From NCBI GenBank assembly GCA_963737905.1, contig CAVTUQ010000042.1:1-36373 (forward strand): 36,373 nt of DNA, written 5' to 3'. The position numbers were made by a program, and so were the translations under genes. The stretch's first letter is position 1; every line of letters begins with the position of its first letter. The notes below the pieces were generated by a model. It was not told the origin of the DNA. It made no database searches and saw nothing but the letters and a program-made list of their open reading frames with translations. This DNA is from an uncultured delta proteobacterium. Lineage in GTDB: Bacteria > Desulfobacterota > Binatia > UBA9968. Positions 8,700 through 17,553 of the stretch are shown in pieces.

Positions 8700-8721
8700 A
8701 GTTGCTTTCGAAGAGAATCAA

Positions 8722-9276
8722 ATGAAAAAACTACTAGGTCTCTTGCTGATAAGCGGTGCGGTCACCGCCGCGCTGTTTTTTCTTACCAGTCTCGCGCGCA
8801 CGGGAGGGAGCCAAGCGCCTCAATCGATCACGCTCAAGCCGGGCTCGGTCATTCAGGACGGCTCCTTTGTTTCCATCGAATACACACTCACCGATGACAC
8901 CGGGAAAGTCATCGATTCCAATATCGGCAAAGAGCCGCTCACTTACCTCCACGGCAGCGGACAGATCGTTCCGGGCCTTGAAAAGGAGCTGACGGGACTG
9001 AAAGTCGGCGATCAGAAGAAAATCGTGGTCAAACCTGAAGACGGTTATCGCGCTGACCCAAACGCGTTTCAGGAGATTCCCAAAGATAAGCTCCCGCCTG
9101 AGGCGCAAAAGGTAGGAACAATGCTGGCAACGAAAGGCCCCCAAGGGGAAACGATCGCGATGCGCGTCCATGAGGTCAAAGAGAAGACTATCGTGGTCGA
9201 CTTCAATAATCCGCTGGCGGGAAAAACCCTCAACTTCGACGTGAAAGTGACGGATATACAGTCAGCCGGACGATGA
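8722..9276 (+). CDS. Exported SlyD-like FKBP peptidyl-prolyl isomerase (paralog 1)
   Basis: Signal/TM MKKLLGLLLISG...; VSIEYTL, EPLTYLHG, GLEKEL, DFNNPLAGKTLNFDVKV; no His-rich tail. Confidence 0.9.
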   Translation: MKKLLGLLLISGAVTAALFFLTSLARTGGSQAPQSITLKPGSVIQDGSFVSIEYTLTDDTGKVIDSNIGKEPLTYLHGSGQIVPGLEKELTGLKVGDQKKIVVKPEDGYRADPNAFQEIPKDKLPPEAQKVGTMLATKGPQGETIAMRVHEVKEKTIVVDFNNPLAGKTLNFDVKVTDIQSAGR

Positions 9277-9330
9277 AACTTTATCCCGTCACTTAGCTCT
9301 TTCCCCCGACGGGGTCGAGAGGACAAATTC

Positions 9331-9371
9331 ACCCTCAACCCTCGCCCTCCGGGAGAGGGAAGGGTGAGGGT
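9331..9371. repeat. CCCTCA..CCCTC..GGGAGAGGG..GGGTGAGGG palindromic repeat
   Basis: ACCCTCAACCCTCGCCCTCCGGGAGAGGGAAGGGTGAGGGT hairpin directly before the MFS start codon. Confidence 0.6.
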
Positions 9372-9373
9372 TC

Positions 9374-10663
9374 ATGGCGCCAAAGTTTTTCTACGGCTAC
9401 ATCATCCTGGCGCTCTGCTTCATCAACATGGTGGTGATGCGCGGCGTCAATGGCTCTTTCAGCGTCTACTATCTTGCCCTGCTGGAGAACTTTGGCTGGT
9501 CGCACAGCGACGGCGCGAGCATCGCATCGGTCAATTTTCTAATTTATGCTCTCGCCGCGCCGTTTGTCGGATTCGCCTTTGATCACTTCGGCCCTCGAGT
9601 CCTGATGCCTCTGGGCGGCGCTCTGGTGGGAATTGGATTGCTCCTGTCCGGCTTCGGAACCTCGCTCTGGAATCTGTACTTTTCCTACGGTTTGATCACG
9701 GCTCTGGGCCAAGGGGCACTGGGATTCGTCGGCCACAACGCGCTGATCTCCTTTTGGTTTGTCCGCCGCCGCGCCACGGCGATCGGCATCGCCAGCATGG
9801 GCCAGGGATTGGGCGCGTTGATCATGATCCCGCTGACGGAGTTTTTCATCACCCGAATCGGCTGGCGGCTGACCTTTATGGCAACGGCTGGTTTGATTCT
9901 CCTCGCAGTGGTTCCGGCAAACGCTCTCCTGCAGCGTCGCGACCCGCAAGAAGTGGGGCAATTTCCCGACGGTGATCCCGCGCCCACGTCGGAGCATTCC
10001 GCCTCACACACGCACAAGTCCGACGCACAGCAGGATTGGACCTTGCGCGCTGCGCTCTGGTCCTTTCCATTCTGGTGCATCACCGTGGGCCATCTGGCGC
10101 TGGGAACCGCGCTCTTCATGATCAACACGCATATAGTGGCTCACTTTGTGTCGCTAGGGTTTGACAAGCTGGTGGCTGCCGTCGTCGCTGGACTCATCGG
10201 CTTCGTGAGAATCGGCGGCACGGTTCTCTGGGGGCTCGTATCCGATAAGCTCGGACGAGACCAAACCTATGCGGTCGCGATTCTGGTAACCTTAGGGGGA
10301 TTGGGTTGTTTGATCGCAATGTCCGGGGCTTCGCCCATGTGGTTCGTTTATTTGGCCGCAGTGCTGTACTCCATCGGCCACAGCGCCGGCAACCCGACTT
10401 ACGGCTCAGTGATCGCCGATATCTTTTCCGGCCGTAAGGTCGGTCTCATCTTCGGTTTTCTGGAGATCAGCTTCGGTCTGGGGAGCGCGTTCGGCGCCTG
10501 GATCGGCGGTTATCTCTTCGATCTCACTGGCTCTTATCGCTGGGCCTTTTCCCTTTGCCTGCTCTGCTTTGCGGTTTCCGGGCTCGCCATTCATGTCTGC
10601 TCGAAGTGGCAAGGCCAACGGGCGTCGGAACGCGCGGCGTCCAGCGCGGTGGTTGCACGATGA
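9374..10663 (+). CDS. MFS transporter (MCT/OFA-like)
   Basis: About 12 hydrophobic segments; GFAFDHFGPR and GLVSDKLGR motif-A copies; WFVRRRATAIGIASMG. Confidence 0.9.
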   Translation: MAPKFFYGYIILALCFINMVVMRGVNGSFSVYYLALLENFGWSHSDGASIASVNFLIYALAAPFVGFAFDHFGPRVLMPLGGALVGIGLLLSGFGTSLWNLYFSYGLITALGQGALGFVGHNALISFWFVRRRATAIGIASMGQGLGALIMIPLTEFFITRIGWRLTFMATAGLILLAVVPANALLQRRDPQEVGQFPDGDPAPTSEHSASHTHKSDAQQDWTLRAALWSFPFWCITVGHLALGTALFMINTHIVAHFVSLGFDKLVAAVVAGLIGFVRIGGTVLWGLVSDKLGRDQTYAVAILVTLGGLGCLIAMSGASPMWFVYLAAVLYSIGHSAGNPTYGSVIADIFSGRKVGLIFGFLEISFGLGSAFGAWIGGYLFDLTGSYRWAFSLCLLCFAVSGLAIHVCSKWQGQRASERAASSAVVAR

Positions 10664-10786
10664 GATTGATCTGTTCAAGGTTCAAAGTTCAAGGTTCAAC
10701 GTCACCGAGCCTTACCGATTTGTTTTGCTTCACAGGAGTGATTCATGAGCTTGCACTCGTCTACAGAGAATAAAAATGGAGAGCTT

Positions 10787-10883
10787 CGTCATACCGGCAT
10801 GGATGGCCGGCATCCAGACGCTGCAGGATACGTCCGGAGACATCCATGTCGCCTGGATTCCAGCACTCCATGCTGGAATGACG
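10787..10883. repeat. REP/BIME-like double palindrome (GTCATxCCGGC...GGATTCC...GAATGAC family)
   Basis: CGTCATACCGGCATGGATGGCCGGCATCCAG...CTGGATTCCAGCACTCCATGCTGGAATGACG; partial second copy at about 22225-22284. Confidence 0.75.
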
Positions 10884-10951
10884 GAACTGAGAAGTCGTAC
10901 GGAGACTGATCCAGCCCCTCGACCCCTTGTATTTTCGAAGGAGGATTCACC

Positions 10952-11956
10952 ATGGCGATCCAGTTTTGTTTGCACGGCTCTGCGCGCAGCATTCAAGAAG
11001 CGGTTGATCGCGCCAAGCGCGCCGAGGCCGCCGGCTTTGAGGCGATCTTCTTCGCCGACAGCCATATGAACAATGTCGATCCCTATCAAGTCATGGCTCT
11101 ATGCGCGGTGAACACCAAAAAAATCCGCCTCGGCACGGCGGTGACCAACATGGTCTATCGCGATCCCTCCGTCACCGCTAACTCCTTCGCGACATTGAAT
11201 GAAATCTCCCAAGGCCGGGCCATCATCGGTTTGGGCACGGGGGACGGGCCGGTGTACAGCCTTGGCCGAACCGCAACCAAGCTCGTCGAATTCGAGAAAG
11301 GATTGCGGGTCATTCGCGATCTGTTGCATGATCGCGGCGTCGATGTTCCAAAGACCAGGGAGCGGGCCTCCAGCGGTCCCGTCAAGCTGAAAGTAGGCAG
11401 GCGGCCGGTGCCCATCTATATTTCCGCCGAAGGTCCGAAGACACTCCAAGTGGCCGGTCGCGTGTGCGACGGCGTGATTCTTGGAACAGGTTTCGATCTC
11501 GACGTCATGGAATGGGCAGAGGCTCGCATCGCTGAAGGCGCAAAAGACGCGAAACGAAGTTTAGCGGATGTCGACGTCATGCCCGCCGGCATGATCTGCG
11601 TTGACGACAACGGAGGTCTCGCCCGCCAGCGCGTGCGCTCGCGAATGGCCAATCGCGCGCACCATAATTTTCGCTTTACCATGGAAACCGTGCCCGAAGG
11701 GGAGCGTGCAGGCGTAAAGAAATTCATGGACGGCTTTGATATATCGAAACCTATCGAAGAACGGGTCGATCCCAATCTGGTCACCCGCTACCTGCTGCAA
11801 CGCTTCACCATCGCCGGCACGCCCGAGGAGTGCGCGGCACGCGTCAAGCAACTCGAATCGGCTGGGGTCAAGCGCCTCCTGCTGACTCCCCCCAACGCTA
11901 ACTATGACACAATCATGGAAGCTTGGGGGCGCCGGGTTATTCCCCTGTGTTCCTGA
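10952..11956 (+). CDS. LLM-class flavin/F420-dependent oxidoreductase
   Basis: AEAAGFE..FADSH, TKKIRLGTAVTN, GRAIIGLGTGD, GPKTLQVAGRVCDGV, AGTPEEC; RBS GGAGG. Confidence 0.9.
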   Translation: MAIQFCLHGSARSIQEAVDRAKRAEAAGFEAIFFADSHMNNVDPYQVMALCAVNTKKIRLGTAVTNMVYRDPSVTANSFATLNEISQGRAIIGLGTGDGPVYSLGRTATKLVEFEKGLRVIRDLLHDRGVDVPKTRERASSGPVKLKVGRRPVPIYISAEGPKTLQVAGRVCDGVILGTGFDLDVMEWAEARIAEGAKDAKRSLADVDVMPAGMICVDDNGGLARQRVRSRMANRAHHNFRFTMETVPEGERAGVKKFMDGFDISKPIEERVDPNLVTRYLLQRFTIAGTPEECAARVKQLESAGVKRLLLTPPNANYDTIMEAWGRRVIPLCS

Positions 11957-11959
11957 CCG

Positions 11960-12100
11960 CAAGCAAGCTGGTGATGAAAAACCCTTCAGTCTGGCTTATG
12001 ACGTATGGCTTATAGCGGATGGTTCCAACTATATGCCATAAGCTACCAGCCATATGCGAAGTACGCGCGCCTCGCCTCTGAGTCTTTTTGAGCAGCCTGC
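11960..12100. repeat. Composite repeat: MITE-like ends enclosing inverted 7-bp arrays
   Basis: TGGCTTA-TGACGTA-TGGCTTA-TAGCGGA versus TATGCCA-TAAGCTA-CCAGCCA-TATGCGA; right end CGCGCCTCGCCTCTGAGTCTTTTTGAGCAGCCTG resembles 8663-8697. Confidence 0.7.
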
Positions 12101-12262
12101 GATCGGGGTTTTTGGCCCGGCTCTGGACCAGACCCATCGCACCGGTTCGCTGGTTGTCAGAAGATTCGAGGGGAACGCGTCACTTACCAAAACCCTGAGT
12201 TGTGTTTGTGACAACATAAATTATAATCAAGAAAGATGTTCACTATTCAGAAGGAGATGCTC

Positions 12263-12853
12263 ATGGGATTTAAATTCTGCACGCTCATGCTGGCGGCCGC
12301 GGCGAACATGCTCATATGGACCGGCGTTTTCGCGGCTGAGAAGAGCAAAGATAGCAATGTTGTAAAGGACGGCACCGTAGTCAGCCTCCAATACACGCTT
12401 TCCGGCGAGGATGGAAAGACCATCGAATCCAATAAGGGCAAAGAGCCTCTCAAGTACACCCAGGGAAGTCATCAGATCGTCCCCGGCTTGGAAAAGGGAC
12501 TTGCAGGGATGAAAGTCGGCGATGAGAAGCGGGTTAAAGTGGCGCCTGAGGAAGGGTATGGCCATGTGGATCCGAAGGGGTTTCAGGAGTTTCCTAAAGA
12601 GAAAATCCCGTCCGAAGGTCTGAAGGTCGGCTCGGTGCTGATGGCCAAAGGCCCGCAGGGACAACAGGTGCCCGTGCGGGTTCATGAGATCAAAGAAAAG
12701 ACGGTGGTGCTCGACTTGAACCATCCGATGGCCGGAAAAACGCTGGTATTCGACGTCAAGGTCTTGGATGTTCAGCCGGCAACCGCACAGCCGCTGCAAC
12801 CACTAGCGCCGCCACAGCCGGCGAAACCTGCCCAACCCGCACAGCCGAAATAA
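12263..12853 (+). CDS. Exported SlyD-like FKBP peptidyl-prolyl isomerase (paralog 2) with Pro/Gln/Ala tail
   Basis: RBS AAGGAG; signal peptide ending VFA; VSLQYTL, PEEGYG, DLNHPMAGKTLVFDVKV; tail PLQPLAPPQPAKPAQPAQPK. Confidence 0.9.
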   Translation: MGFKFCTLMLAAAANMLIWTGVFAAEKSKDSNVVKDGTVVSLQYTLSGEDGKTIESNKGKEPLKYTQGSHQIVPGLEKGLAGMKVGDEKRVKVAPEEGYGHVDPKGFQEFPKEKIPSEGLKVGSVLMAKGPQGQQVPVRVHEIKEKTVVLDLNHPMAGKTLVFDVKVLDVQPATAQPLQPLAPPQPAKPAQPAQPK

Positions 12854-13006
12854 TTTCCGCTGACCACAAGAGAAAAGAGAAGAATTTTACCGCAGAGACG
12901 CAAAGGACGCAGAGGGTTTAGTTGTCATAAGACGCCCACAAAGAAGTCTTTTCTATGCGATCTATGCGTTCTTTGTGGTTAATTTCATCTATGGGCGTCT
13001 ACTGAC

Positions 13007-13759
13007 ATGCAGCTGGAAGAGTTCGCGGCCAAACTTAGAAGCTCTCGCAACATCGTTTTCTTTACCGGCGCGGGGATCAGCACCGAATCGGGTGTTCCCG
13101 ACTTTCGCAGCCCGGGCGGGGTGTGGACAAAATATCAGCCGGTTTATTTTCAAGACTTCGTGGCTAGCGAAGCCGCTCGAATTCGCCACTGGCAGCTCAA
13201 AAAGGCGACCTACGAGCTCTACAAGAAGGTCGAGCCGAATATCGGCCACTATGCGATCCGCGATTTCGAAAAACACGGCCATTTACTCGGGCTCATCACT
13301 CAGAACATCGACGGGTTGCACAGCATCGCCGGCGTCTCCAACGAGAAAATTGTCGAGCTGCACGGCACGGATCGCCTCGTCACCTGCCTCAAATGTGGGA
13401 AAAGATTTAAGCCGGCGGACGTTTACGAAAGCTTGGGAGCGGATTTTGCCGCTCCCACTTGTGACGCCTGCGGCGGCTTTCTAAAATCCGCCAACGTCTC
13501 CTTCGGCCAGCAGATGCCGGCTGAAGCTATGCAGCGCGCGCAAGCATGGAGCGAAGGGGCGGAAGTTTTCATCGTCATCGGCTCGTCTTTACAGGTCCAA
13601 CCCGCGGCCTCGTTCCCCGTCATCGCCAAACGCAGCGGGGCGATGCTGGCTATCATTAATCGCGACGAGACCCCGCTCGATGAACTCGCCGACTTTATTC
13701 ATCGCGGCGCCATCGGCGAATTCTTCGAAAAACTTGCTCCATTGATCATCGACTCATGA
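13007..13759 (+). CDS. cobB: Sir2-family NAD-dependent protein deacylase
   Basis: TGAGISTESGVPDFRSPGG, ITQNIDGLH, ELHG, CxxC..CxxC zinc site, GSSLQVQPAA, IIN. Confidence 0.9.
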   Translation: MQLEEFAAKLRSSRNIVFFTGAGISTESGVPDFRSPGGVWTKYQPVYFQDFVASEAARIRHWQLKKATYELYKKVEPNIGHYAIRDFEKHGHLLGLITQNIDGLHSIAGVSNEKIVELHGTDRLVTCLKCGKRFKPADVYESLGADFAAPTCDACGGFLKSANVSFGQQMPAEAMQRAQAWSEGAEVFIVIGSSLQVQPAASFPVIAKRSGAMLAIINRDETPLDELADFIHRGAIGEFFEKLAPLIIDS

Positions 13760-13782
13760 AGCATGTCGCTTTAGGCAACCTT

Positions 13783-13980
13783 ATGCGACGTATACTTCTC
13801 TTGTGGGTTGTATTGGCGTTGGTCGGTTGTGCCACCGAGCGTGCGGTTCTGGTCAACGGTCAAGGTGAAGAGCTAACTTGCGAAACCAGTGGTGCTGGAT
13901 TCTTTGGGTCCGTGTCGGTTCACAAACAACAGGAGAAGTGTATCTCTGACGCCGAGCAGCGAGGCTACCGGTTAAAGTAA
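13783..13980 (+). CDS. Small lipoprotein with a Cys pair
   Basis: MRRILLLWVVLALVGC lipobox; two further Cys; ends GYRLK. Confidence 0.7.
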   Translation: MRRILLLWVVLALVGCATERAVLVNGQGEELTCETSGAGFFGSVSVHKQQEKCISDAEQRGYRLK

Positions 13981-13989
13981 CAGAAAAAA

Positions 13990-14150
13990 CCAGCCAAAGA
14001 TATTTGAAATTTTGAGGATGAAGAAGAAGTCGGGAAAACACGTCTCGCGCAAAGGCGCAAAGGTCGCCAAGGTTCGGAGAAATAAGTAAGGGTTTTCTTT
14101 GCGTGCCTGGCGTCCCTTCGGCAAGCTCAGGACATGCTTGGCGCGATAAC
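13990..14150. repeat. Composite intergenic repeat (inverted 9-bp arrays with an embedded CCCTTCGGCAAGCTCAGG unit)
   Basis: CGCAAAGGCGCAAAGGTCGCCAAG / CTTTGCGTGCCTGGCGT...CTTGGCGCGA. The embedded unit resembles 989-1005 and 17478-17500. Confidence 0.65.
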
Positions 14151-14198
14151 TGTTTCCCCGAAAAAATCGATCCAGACAGTGACGTCAACGATGATCAC
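14127..14198 (-). pseudogene. vapC: vapC toxin stub
   Basis: GTGA overlap with the vapB stop; translates MIIVDVTVWIDFFGE (PIN start MIxVDTSVWIDF), then runs into repeat DNA and stops at codon 24. Confidence 0.75.
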
Positions 14199-14395
14199 AA
14201 ACGGCTACGGCGCAACTCGTCAAGATCGCCGTCCCATTGGACCTGACCCCGCAGTTTTAGGATTTCCTTGCGCTTAGCGCTTTTTAGAAGCTCTTTGAGA
14301 GCTAGATGAACCAACTCCCGCTTGGACTTACACTTGAACACTTTCAGTCCTTCATTGACTAGCCGGTCGTCGAGATCGATGTTTGTCCTGGCCAT
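14195..14395 (-). CDS. vapB: VapB antitoxin (DUF2191-like)
   Basis: MARTNIDLDDRLV...SKRELVHLAL...LRGQVQWDGDLDELR. Confidence 0.9.
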   Translation of the reverse strand: MARTNIDLDDRLVNEGLKVFKCKSKRELVHLALKELLKSAKRKEILKLRGQVQWDGDLDELRRSRL

Positions 14396-14485
14396 ATCTT
14401 CACCCAAAAGTAGGCTATGCGCCAATGGTGTAGAAATCAAACTCTTTTACTGGATTCACTTCGGAGGAACATCCGAGGGAAACCA

Positions 14486-15499
14486 CTAAGGCTGCAGCAA
14501 GATCTTGCGCGTGCCCGGATTGCCGGCATGCGTAACGGCCTCGATGCCTTCGTCCAGCGGATAGATCTTCTCAATCATCGGAGTTACTGAAACGGTCCTT
14601 TCCGACAGCGCTTCGAGGGCTGATGGGAAAATGCCGCATCGGGAGCCAACGACGGTTATCTCGTTGATCACCAACGGCGCTAGAGAGACCTGATGTTCGC
14701 CGGCGATGGTGCTCTTGAGTACAAGAGTACCGCGCGGGCGGACGGCGCTCATCGCGAGTTGCAGGCCGGAAGGAGAACCCGTGGCTTCGACGACTACGTC
14801 AAATTGTTTAGGTTTCCAATCACTCAAGAGCATCGTTCTGACACCGGATCGCTTGATCGCTTTGAGTTTGCCTTCATGCTTACCCAGCACGGTCACGTGG
14901 GTGCCTGTGAGTCTTAGGACTTGCGCGCAAAGATTTCCAAGTTTGCCATCCCCTAACACAAGAACTTCATCGCCTGGATTGACTTGTACTTGCTCCAGAA
15001 TCTCAAAAGCCGCCGCCAGCGGTTCCGTAAAGACGGCCTCTTCATCGCTTAAGCTTTCCGGCACCTCATGCAGATTGGTGACCGGTACAGAGACATATTC
15101 GGCGAAAGCGCCGTCAGCGTTGAGAATGCCCATGACTTTTCGATTAGGACAATGGCGGCGGAGCCCGCGAGCGCAATTTTCACATGAGCCGCAGCCGAAG
15201 TTGATCTCCCCAACGATTCTTTTACCAACCCAACCCTCTGGGCCTTCAGTAACAGAACCGACAAATTCATGTCCCGGGACACCCTGGAAACCCATGTAGC
15301 CTTTAAAGATTTGGAGGTCGGTGGAGCAGATACCGGCGAGGTGAACTTTGATTAGGGCAACTTGATCGTTAGCAGATTCGGGGCGACCGCCAGTCGCCCC
15401 TACGATCTTCAATTCTCGATCCTCGATCTTCGATTTTGGTGATATGGGATAAGATAAATTTAGGCTCAGCTCACTGCCGTTCCAATAGAGAGCCCGCAT
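14486..15499 (-). CDS. Zn-dependent MDR alcohol dehydrogenase
   Basis: GICSTD, GHEFVG, CGSCENC..C structural zinc, EPLAAA, GDGKLG, VGSRCG. Confidence 0.9.
   Translation of the reverse strand: MRALYWNGSELSLNLSYPISPKSKIEDRELKIVGATGGRPESANDQVALIKVHLAGICSTDLQIFKGYMGFQGVPGHEFVGSVTEGPEGWVGKRIVGEINFGCGSCENCARGLRRHCPNRKVMGILNADGAFAEYVSVPVTNLHEVPESLSDEEAVFTEPLAAAFEILEQVQVNPGDEVLVLGDGKLGNLCAQVLRLTGTHVTVLGKHEGKLKAIKRSGVRTMLLSDWKPKQFDVVVEATGSPSGLQLAMSAVRPRGTLVLKSTIAGEHQVSLAPLVINEITVVGSRCGIFPSALEALSERTVSVTPMIEKIYPLDEGIEAVTHAGNPGTRKILLQP
15380..15437 (-). repeat. GTAG-type REP palindrome plus five 7-bp units inside the ADH coding sequence
   Basis: Minus strand GTAGGGGCGACTGGCGGTCGCCCC; plus strand CGATCTT-CAATTCT-CGATCCT-CGATCTT-CGATTTT. 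Confidence 0.75.
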
Positions 15500-15516
15500 C
15501 GCTCGCTTCGCTCAGC

Positions 15517-16329
15517 TTATTTCTTTAACTCGCGGGCCCACTTGGTCTTGGGTTGAGGCAACAGCTCACCATCGACGTAAATATCGCAGCCGCGCTCGTG
15601 GAAGAAACAAAGCAGTTCTTTAATCTTTGGACACTCGGGAATCGGCTCCCTATAACCCCAGACCATATCGCCCAAGACCGAATCCCCGAGCTTCACCGAC
15701 CAGTAGGAGGCCGGTCCTTTGTACGGACAGCGCGATGTCGTATCACTAGGGACGAGGAGATCCATTCGCACGTCTGCTTGAGGAATATAGTAGCGCACCG
15801 GATGATTCGTTTCGAAAAGAAGATGAGGCCGGTGTGTATCGGCAACCGTCTGTCCGTCGATAACGACCCGGACATGCCGTTTGCTCGGCAGCGCATCCAC
15901 GCGCTTGTATGGATCTCGTGCGTGCTTAAAAATTTCCTCGTTTTCTTCCATCCACTTGTCCATCTTCGGCCATTCAAAAGCAAAATGATCTCGCAGGCTT
16001 GTGACCTCCGAAAGCGGCGCAGTATAACTCCAGGCGGCGTCTTCAGCGCGTTGCTTGCCGACCTGAACCGACCAATACGAGGCTTCACCCTTCACCGGGC
16101 AGCGGCTTTTGTGCTGGCTCGGCACGAAAAGGTCCGTCCGGACGTCTTCTTTGGGAAAATAATAAGCCGGCAAAATTTCCGGCTCGCGCACGAGTTTAAC
16201 TCGTTTGCTGTCGGCGATCGCCTCGCCGCCGAACATGACCCGCACGTGGCGCGGGCTGTCGCTCACGTGAATCCAATGGCCGGGATCGCCATGGATCGGC
16301 ACACGCTGCTGGGTGACGTTACTTTGCAT
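15517..16329 (-). CDS. Tandem DUF427 (nucleotidyltransferase-9-like) protein
   Basis: Two repeats of YYxPxxDVR..CPxKGxASYWS; linker HARDPYKRVD; RBS GGAGG before 16329. Confidence 0.9.
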   Translation of the reverse strand: MQSNVTQQRVPIHGDPGHWIHVSDSPRHVRVMFGGEAIADSKRVKLVREPEILPAYYFPKEDVRTDLFVPSQHKSRCPVKGEASYWSVQVGKQRAEDAAWSYTAPLSEVTSLRDHFAFEWPKMDKWMEENEEIFKHARDPYKRVDALPSKRHVRVVIDGQTVADTHRPHLLFETNHPVRYYIPQADVRMDLLVPSDTTSRCPYKGPASYWSVKLGDSVLGDMVWGYREPIPECPKIKELLCFFHERGCDIYVDGELLPQPKTKWARELKK

Positions 16330-16354
16330 AACCGCCTCCTTGCTCGTCAGAGCC

Positions 16355-16471
16355 TGTTCCAATCGTTCCAGCCGTTCAATCGCTTCGCTCGGTTCCAGCC
16401 GTTGAAGAATCTTCGATTTCAATCTGATGAAAGCTTCGATCGCCCGGGACGTCTTGAACGATTTGAACGAT
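16355..16471. repeat. 9-bp GTTCAA-core micro-array with inverted partner
   Basis: GTTCCAATC-GTTCCAGCC-GTTCAATCG-CTTCGCTC... / TTGAACGAT-TTGAACGAT. The first roughly 48 nt are near-identical to 22981-23028. Confidence 0.75.
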
Positions 16472-16476
16472 GTCCA

Positions 16477-17427
16477 TCATATCTTTCTGAGCTTCTGCAG
16501 GCTGCGTAGCTCGCGCTGCGGTTTGAGATGCTGCCCCATAATGGTCCAGGAGACCTCGGCGACGTAAATGTCGCCCCGCGAATCGAGTGCCAGGCCATGA
16601 GGAGCGATAAATTGACCCGGCTTTTCGCCGGCAAATACATCTCCGAGACGCGCCAATCGTTTGCCCTTCTTGTCGTAGATATCCAGCCGGTTGCCCAAGT
16701 TCGGGCTCTCTTTGTTCACCGACATGCCCGGTCCTAACTCACCAATGTAACAGATGGGATCTGGCCGCGTGGTATCCATGTAGAGAGCGCAGGGCCGATG
16801 CATATTGTTCCATTGCGTCTCGTACTTGCCGTTGCCGTCGAACACCTGCACGCGATGGTTTTCCCGGTCGGCGACATAGACCCACCCTTCTTTGTCGGTG
16901 CAAATGTTGTGCACGATGTTGAATTGGCCCGGATCGCATCCCGGTTCGCCCCACGAGAAAAGCAGCTTTCCGTCGGGCGAATACTTGTGCACGCGGGAGT
17001 TCCCGTAGCCGTCGGAAACGTAGATCTCTCCTTTCGGCGAGAAAGCCACATGCGTGCAGCGATTGAAGGGCTCGCCGCTCTGATAAGGCGCAGGTTGACC
17101 CGGGACGCCCAAGGTGAAAATAACCTTCCCATCCAAGGTGCACTTTCGCACCGTATGGTCGCCGTCGTCGCTCAAAAAAATCGTTTCGTCGGGACCTATC
17201 GTGGCGCCGTGAGCCCGCTTAAATACGCCCTCTCCCCAAGAGCGCAGAAAGTTCCCATCACGGTCGAAAACGATCACCGGATGCGCGCCGCGCGTAAAGC
17301 AATAGACCTGGTCTTTTTTATCGACCCCGACCGCCGCGACTTCTTTAAATGCCCATCCTTCCGGCAACTTCCCCCAGCCCTCGATGACTTCATAGCGAAA
17401 TTCTCCGCTGCCCACGACAACGCTCAT
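16477..17427 (-). CDS. NHL-repeat beta-propeller (PAL-like family)
   Basis: IYVSDGYGNSRVHKY, GQFNIVH, YVADRENHRVQVFD, PHGLALDSRGDIYVAEV; no signal peptide. Confidence 0.9.
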   Translation of the reverse strand: MSVVVGSGEFRYEVIEGWGKLPEGWAFKEVAAVGVDKKDQVYCFTRGAHPVIVFDRDGNFLRSWGEGVFKRAHGATIGPDETIFLSDDGDHTVRKCTLDGKVIFTLGVPGQPAPYQSGEPFNRCTHVAFSPKGEIYVSDGYGNSRVHKYSPDGKLLFSWGEPGCDPGQFNIVHNICTDKEGWVYVADRENHRVQVFDGNGKYETQWNNMHRPCALYMDTTRPDPICYIGELGPGMSVNKESPNLGNRLDIYDKKGKRLARLGDVFAGEKPGQFIAPHGLALDSRGDIYVAEVSWTIMGQHLKPQRELRSLQKLRKI

Positions 17428-17444
17428 ACAAACCTCCTTGTGCT

Positions 17445-17553
17445 TTCGCGGTTCCGAGTTTCGAGTTTTGAGTTTCGACCCGTTCGGCGATGCTCAGGGT
17501 CGATCCTGAATTTATCGAAGGATCGAGCTGAACCCGAAACCCGACACCCGAAA
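17445..17553. repeat. Inverted 7-bp arrays enclosing a REP-like unit
   Basis: GTTCCGA-GTTTCGA-GTTTTGA-GTTTCGA ... CCCGAAA-CCCGACA-CCCGAAA. Confidence 0.7.

Noticed and set aside
8446-8721. N-terminal extension of the FKBP ORF (likewise the ORF-track starts at 8040, 16422 and 23954)
   Set aside because: These extensions read through repeat elements or the upstream gene; better starts with an RBS, signal peptide or family N-terminus lie downstream.
10730-11089. ORFs containing VIPAWMAGIQ / VIPAWSAGIQ (also 22097-22327)
   Set aside because: Translations of the palindromic REP-like repeat, not genes.
13007-13759. Sir2 as a Thoeris/defence NADase partner of the TIR gene
   Set aside because: Canonical zinc-binding CobB-type deacylase with no SLOG or other fusion, and 6.4 kb from the TIR operon.
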